A DNA stretch of 64,000 nt from Calditrichaceae bacterium. GTDB lineage: Bacteria; Calditrichota; Calditrichia; Calditrichales; JBFXGD01. The stretch's first letter is position 1. Each line of letters opens with the position of its first letter. The stretch spans positions 1 through 64,000 of the forward strand of contig JBFXGD010000001.1 of NCBI GenBank assembly GCA_050178385.1, in the 5' to 3' direction. Below are positions 59,529 to 64,000 of the stretch, one piece after another. The notes below the pieces were generated by a model. The model saw nothing but the letters and a program-made list of their open reading frames with translations. It did no database searches and was not told the origin of the DNA. The position numbers were made by a program, and so were the translations under genes.

Positions 59529-62500
59529 TCATTTGAGTACGACCATCTTTTCTATCACTTCTTTTGACGCGCTGTTATACTTTAAAATAATTTTATAAAG
59601 ATATACACCGTTGGCGAGTTCATCACCATCCCGGTCCCGCCCGTCCCATGATATCTGATTATATCCGGGAACCGTCAGATAGCCGTCGATCTCCTGGATG
59701 ATCCGCCCGCTGATAGTGTAGATTTTTATTTTTACCTCCGCGCCGCTCTGGTTTGTCTGGAATGTGAAATCGGTCTGTCCGCGGAACGGATTTGGGTAAT
59801 TGATTACATCTGTGATAATAAGTTGCGCGCTTTCGGCGATATCAAAATGAATGGTTTCATCCGAAGGGTTGTTCAGATTATCAAACGCCGTAATTTTCAG
59901 TTCATGTGTCCCCGGTTTGAGAGAACTCAGCGGATAGGTGATAATTCCTTTTTTATAGCTGTCTTTTTCATAGACAAAAAAACCTGAAATATCTTTTGGA
60001 TTTTCCGTGTCGATTTGTAATGAAATATTATGTCCTACCTGTCCGGTCATGTTGATTCCGTTTTCATCATCAATTTTTGCCAGAAGAACAGGATTTTGGG
60101 CGATAAGATCACCCGAAGAAAAATTTTCCTGATCTTTAAAGTATAGATCAATAAACGGCCCCTTCTCATCTGAAATATTAGAGGACGAGCCATTGATGAG
60201 GAGAGTATCGTTGTAGCCCAGGGCTGTGTTCAACGCCGTTCCGTCGGATGCATAGACGGTGATTCTCCCGGTTGGCTTTTTCTGATAGCGGATTGATTTT
60301 GGAACAATGAATTGCCCTGTAAACGTACCTTCGTTGACAGAGACTTCACCCTTGAATAATAACGGCCCCCCGAGTGTATAGTACAGGCCTCCTCCTGTCG
60401 TCACAGAATCGTATCTGGCATCGTTAACGATAAGGATGGCATCTCCGTCAAAACTGCTGTTAATCTGATTGTTTTTTAAAATATTTCCCGTTACCTCTAT
60501 TCTGCTCAATGCTTTTAGAGTATCGGGGGTTATGGACGTAATCTGAATATTCTCCCGGGGATCGGCGAGTGTCATGGTAGGATCGGCAAAGAGGTGATAC
60601 TTCTGGTCATTGACTCCGGAGTATGTCGCCAGCAGTTTGGCAATCCCTAATTCAACGGACGGCTGGTTATTCTGAAATAAAAATTTATAAAATCTCTCAT
60701 TAAAAGCGGCATTCTGACCGGAATAAACAAGTCTTGTTGAAGCGAGTACACCGATGGCGCCGCTGTTTTTTTTCCAGATCAGCGCTTCTGAAAAGCTGGG
60801 TTCATGCGGATCGTCGTATTTCCCGAAATCGCAGGTTGCCGCTATCAGAAAGGTCAGTCTGTCTTCGTTGTTAATTCTGTTCAGATCACGACCCATGTTA
60901 AACACATCTTCATGCGCCCACACTTCAGGGGATCCGTGTCCCACATAATTGATAAGCAGTGTACCCTGATTGATATAATCAATGATCGCCTGATTGGCCT
61001 GAGGTTTAATCCGGTACAATCCTCCCGGGACTGAAGGGTATGCTGACAGATAGACTTTTTTAATGTTAAATCTTGATAATTCAGGAAGCGTGGCAAGATT
61101 TTCGGTTTGCGACTGATGGATCCATTCTCCTGTTGATTGAGTAGTGACTTCATCATCCGCCACAAAAGTCGCGACAGTCTGCCAACCGTCAGGCTCCATA
61201 TTGCTTTCATAATTTTTTAATTTTTCGATCATCCGTTCGGCATCGGTATGAGTTTCCACGGGTATCCGTCCGATGGCCAGATCCGGCGTGATATAATCAA
61301 ACAGGTCGGTTGATGCGTAATTAACATCGACGTAAAAATTGTCCGATGTACGGCTGTCAATTTCATGGTCATCATAAATTTCAAACGGAATAACACGGTT
61401 CGAGTCGGTTATTGCGATATTCCTGTAATCATAGTGTCCATCGCCGAATAATAGCACGTAGGAAGGTTTCGCGCCGCTCCAGTTATAATATGCGTAACGG
61501 ATAAAATTCCGGATGGCGGTAGGATCTGTTACTCCGTTGTTAAAATAGAAGAAGATATCCTCTGTCGTAACTATTTTGCTTGTAAGATGCTGCCTGAGCC
61601 TCGAAATTTCTTCTGCGTAGGGCGTGAAGGATTTATCCGTAATGATAAGAAAATCCGCCTGATTCAGTGAGCTTACCAGGTTATCAGAAGGGGTGAATTT
61701 TGAGAGGGAGGTTATCTGTCTGATCCTGGAAGACGTAAGATTGCTCACAAAAATATTTTGTGTGGTCGCTGACGCGGGAAGATCAAATTGAACTTCGCCT
61801 CCCTGAGGAACTGTGTTGCTCAGAATCAGTTTGGGAGAAACCGGATTGGTTACGTCAAAGGCGTATACCCCGCCGGTTTGTGTAAAATTGCGGAGCCGGT
61901 ATCGGACAGGCTGATTCGTTATATGTGTGTAAAAATTAAGCTGGTTATCGGTAACAGAAAAATTTTTCGGGTAGAAAAACTCAAACCAGTCTAGATAGGC
62001 ATTACAGCCGTCATAATTACCGGTGTACTGAACAGAGAATGTATTGTTGCCGTTTTTCAGCCATGATTGATCCGTGATGATTGTTTCATAACTTCGGCGA
62101 AACTGTTTGGTAAAACTAACCTTATTCAATAATATAAAATTATTGATCAATGCTGTAAATTCATACCGGTAATCCGGATCGAGATCGTCTCCGTATCTGA
62201 TTCCGGAACCTCCCTTAAGCTGAATCCTGAAAAATGGAATCGCTCCTGCTGAAGTTACCGGGTCTATGGAAAAAGTATTGGTATAACCGGCCGATTTGCC
62301 AAAAAAACGAAATCCGTACCAGTCCGGTCCGGAGGCGAGCAGATTGTATTTATCTTCTTCAAAATGATAACGCTCATAATAAAATGATGATTCAACTGCT
62401 CCCGGCTCTTCGGTCAGAGTCTGCTGCTGCATTCTCAGCCCGTTTGTTCCGGAAGTGCTGAGCCAGTAATAATTGACCCTGGCATAGGGATGGTTCTGGT

Positions 62501-63530
62501 ATCTAAAATCATTGGAGCCGGAGTTATAGAACCAGCTGTTTAGGCTTTTGCCGTAAAACAGCAGATAATCATCACTGTCAAACAGTCCATTTTGATTCTG
62601 GTCGAAGACAAGTATGGGGATTTCCTGTGTAAACGGATAATTGTTTTCCGAACTGTCCGTGCGGTAATTAAGCGTATGTCCGCCATTGTTAAACATCTGG
62701 ATAGAAGCGGTGCTGAGACCGCTAATATTTATACCGGAACTTGCTAATGTTGACCCGGTAATTTTACATAAACCGTCGGTTTCCACACTCATACGGTAAA
62801 ACGGACCGGAGGGCATGGCCGCCGCTTTCCCGAGCTTTTTTGCGTCAGACTGGCGCCAGTTTCTGGCCACATCAAAATTTATCAGAAGCTGATTGTAAAC
62901 CGCATCAATCGCGCTTCTTGCCGATGAACTTCCGGTTAAATTTACGGAACCGTGGTATACAATTTTCAGGCGTATTTTATTGATGAAAGTTAGCGAATTT
63001 TGAGCGGCCTGATACCGGAATGGAATGATCGATATGTTTTGAATCTCACTGTCCCTGAATTTTGCGGGCTCCTGCAGATGTATAATATCATCCGGAAAAG
63101 ACTGGCCGGAGTTATAAATTTCACTTTTGTAGTTACGATCGAGAACATTGATGCCGCGGCTGTCTTTATATATTCTGGGGACGGGAATTATATTTATTCC
63201 CGGGAGTGTTGATGATTCTAGATGCAGAATCTCGACTGTCACATGACCCGCCACAGGGATTCCGACCGTAATTCTTCTTTGAGGAAGATCAGGCGCTCCG
63301 GGCGTCATTCCGTAATCGCCCTGATCAAATGAGACGGAATGCCAAATACCGGAATCAGTTATCAGTGTATCAATGCTAAATTTTCCCGGTTCCCATTCCA
63401 GGATCATTGATTGCTGAGTGCTCTCAATAATTCTGAAATCTGGATATGCAATGCTGCCGGCGAGCAAGTTTCTGATACCAAAAACAGAGATCAAAAAAAA
63501 TAATACAGTTGCCTGTTTGTATTTTGTCAT
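59529..63530 (-). CDS. porU: Type IX secretion system sortase PorU (peptidase C25) with N-terminal C25-propeptide-like region and C-terminal sorting/FlgD-Ig domain
   Basis: Signal peptide; PGAPDLP propeptide-like motif; DPTAIRNF, LLFGDGHYDYR, GRIPV, NYVGHGS (His), ATCDFG (Cys); C-terminal NYPNPF...WDGRD..G...NGVYLY. Confidence 0.85.
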   Translation of the reverse strand: MTKYKQATVLFFLISVFGIRNLLAGSIAYPDFRIIESTQQSMILEWEPGKFSIDTLITDSGIWHSVSFDQGDYGMTPGAPDLPQRRITVGIPVAGHVTVEILHLESSTLPGINIIPVPRIYKDSRGINVLDRNYKSEIYNSGQSFPDDIIHLQEPAKFRDSEIQNISIIPFRYQAAQNSLTFINKIRLKIVYHGSVNLTGSSSARSAIDAVYNQLLINFDVARNWRQSDAKKLGKAAAMPSGPFYRMSVETDGLCKITGSTLASSGINISGLSTASIQMFNNGGHTLNYRTDSSENNYPFTQEIPILVFDQNQNGLFDSDDYLLFYGKSLNSWFYNSGSNDFRYQNHPYARVNYYWLSTSGTNGLRMQQQTLTEEPGAVESSFYYERYHFEEDKYNLLASGPDWYGFRFFGKSAGYTNTFSIDPVTSAGAIPFFRIQLKGGSGIRYGDDLDPDYRYEFTALINNFILLNKVSFTKQFRRSYETIITDQSWLKNGNNTFSVQYTGNYDGCNAYLDWFEFFYPKNFSVTDNQLNFYTHITNQPVRYRLRNFTQTGGVYAFDVTNPVSPKLILSNTVPQGGEVQFDLPASATTQNIFVSNLTSSRIRQITSLSKFTPSDNLVSSLNQADFLIITDKSFTPYAEEISRLRQHLTSKIVTTEDIFFYFNNGVTDPTAIRNFIRYAYYNWSGAKPSYVLLFGDGHYDYRNIAITDSNRVIPFEIYDDHEIDSRTSDNFYVDVNYASTDLFDYITPDLAIGRIPVETHTDAERMIEKLKNYESNMEPDGWQTVATFVADDEVTTQSTGEWIHQSQTENLATLPELSRFNIKKVYLSAYPSVPGGLYRIKPQANQAIIDYINQGTLLINYVGHGSPEVWAHEDVFNMGRDLNRINNEDRLTFLIAATCDFGKYDDPHEPSFSEALIWKKNSGAIGVLASTRLVYSGQNAAFNERFYKFLFQNNQPSVELGIAKLLATYSGVNDQKYHLFADPTMTLADPRENIQITSITPDTLKALSRIEVTGNILKNNQINSSFDGDAILIVNDARYDSVTTGGGLYYTLGGPLLFKGEVSVNEGTFTGQFIVPKSIRYQKKPTGRITVYASDGTALNTALGYNDTLLINGSSSNISDEKGPFIDLYFKDQENFSSGDLIAQNPVLLAKIDDENGINMTGQVGHNISLQIDTENPKDISGFFVYEKDSYKKGIITYPLSSLKPGTHELKITAFDNLNNPSDETIHFDIAESAQLIITDVINYPNPFRGQTDFTFQTNQSGAEVKIKIYTISGRIIQEIDGYLTVPGYNQISWDGRDRDGDELANGVYLYKIILKYNSASKEVIEKMVVLK

Positions 63531-63690
63531 TCATTAACTCCAGCTGATGAAAGGAAAATTTACTTAAGACACCGTTTTTTATCAACACTAAATTCTAAAT
63601 CCGTTCCGACGCGCCGGATTATTTAATAGATTATTTCAGATACAACATGAATCACTCATGAGTTGTTCCTGAAATGTCCATTGGTTTGGT

Positions 63691-64000
63691 TTAGAAATTG
63701 TAATATAATTTGATTTGTCCGGTACTGTAATTTGTCTTGGCCGATTGTGAGTCATCAAGTGTCGATAAAGCGGCATATGCCGAAAAATCAAGGCGTTCCG
63801 AGTGATGGTATAACAGTGTCAGATAGGGTCCCTGATTGATGATATCCCTGACTTTCTTTTTCACCGGAAAATGTCTCCATTCCTGTCTGGCGTAAAGCGA
63901 AAATCCCGCGGTTACGCGCATCTGGAATATTTTTTCATGGTAAAGAAAAATATTTAAAAACTGGGACCTGTGTGACTGAATTTTATTTTGCGCGAACTCA
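63691..64000 (-). CDS. 3' end of a probable outer-membrane beta-barrel gene (partial)
   Basis: Frame is open to the window edge; alternating-residue strands; ends GQIKLYYNF*, a BAM-type terminal Phe. Confidence 0.55.
   Translation of the reverse strand, partial: EFAQNKIQSHRSQFLNIFLYHEKIFQMRVTAGFSLYARQEWRHFPVKKKVRDIINQGPYLTLLYHHSERLDFSAYAALSTLDDSQSAKTNYSTGQIKLYYNF

Noticed and set aside
332..63212. The many short (60-146 aa) ORFs nested in or antisense to the main genes
   Set aside because: They overlap well-supported CDSs, show no recognisable motifs and read as shadow frames.
1..64000. rRNA, tRNA, CRISPR arrays, transposases, integrases, prophage or defence genes
   Set aside because: None was recognised; the window is densely coding and the intergenic gaps show no such patterns by eye.

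Overview
A 64-kb chromosomal window, mostly housekeeping genes, from a diderm bacterium. FCB-group affinity (Calditrichota/KSB1/Ignavibacteria-like) is inferred from a PorU-type T9SS sortase, HTCS-type propeller sensors, Wzi and the gene order; it is not proven. Left to right: ALDH7; an ANKH-like MOP transporter; a STAS protein with a GH13_18 glucosylglycerate-phosphorylase-like gene; an ArcE-type arginine synthetase candidate with carbamate kinase; sucCD-ndk-hbd-ackA; yceD-rpmF-plsX-fabHDG-acpP-fabF-rnc; an ~18-kb Wzy-type surface polysaccharide locus; serS-aldolase-plsC-upp; a minus-strand partner-switching cluster with no sigma factor (lipoprotein, three PP2C phosphatases, STAS, RsbW-like kinase) ending in a REC-GGDEF diguanylate cyclase; adk, rlmN, moxR; a large hybrid sensor kinase; porU; and a truncated beta-barrel gene. 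The polysaccharide locus carries a cytidylyltransferase-HAD fusion, a TagF-like transferase, and two proteins with degenerate monotopic-PGT domains, one fused to an intact WecA. No rRNA, tRNA, CRISPR array or mobile element was recognised. The best leads are the partner-switch/c-di-GMP module, the WecA-pseudoPGT and GT2-pseudoPGT pair, the arcE-arcC energy-conserving module and the NTase-HAD/TagF module. All assignments come from motifs recognised by eye; no database searches were run.
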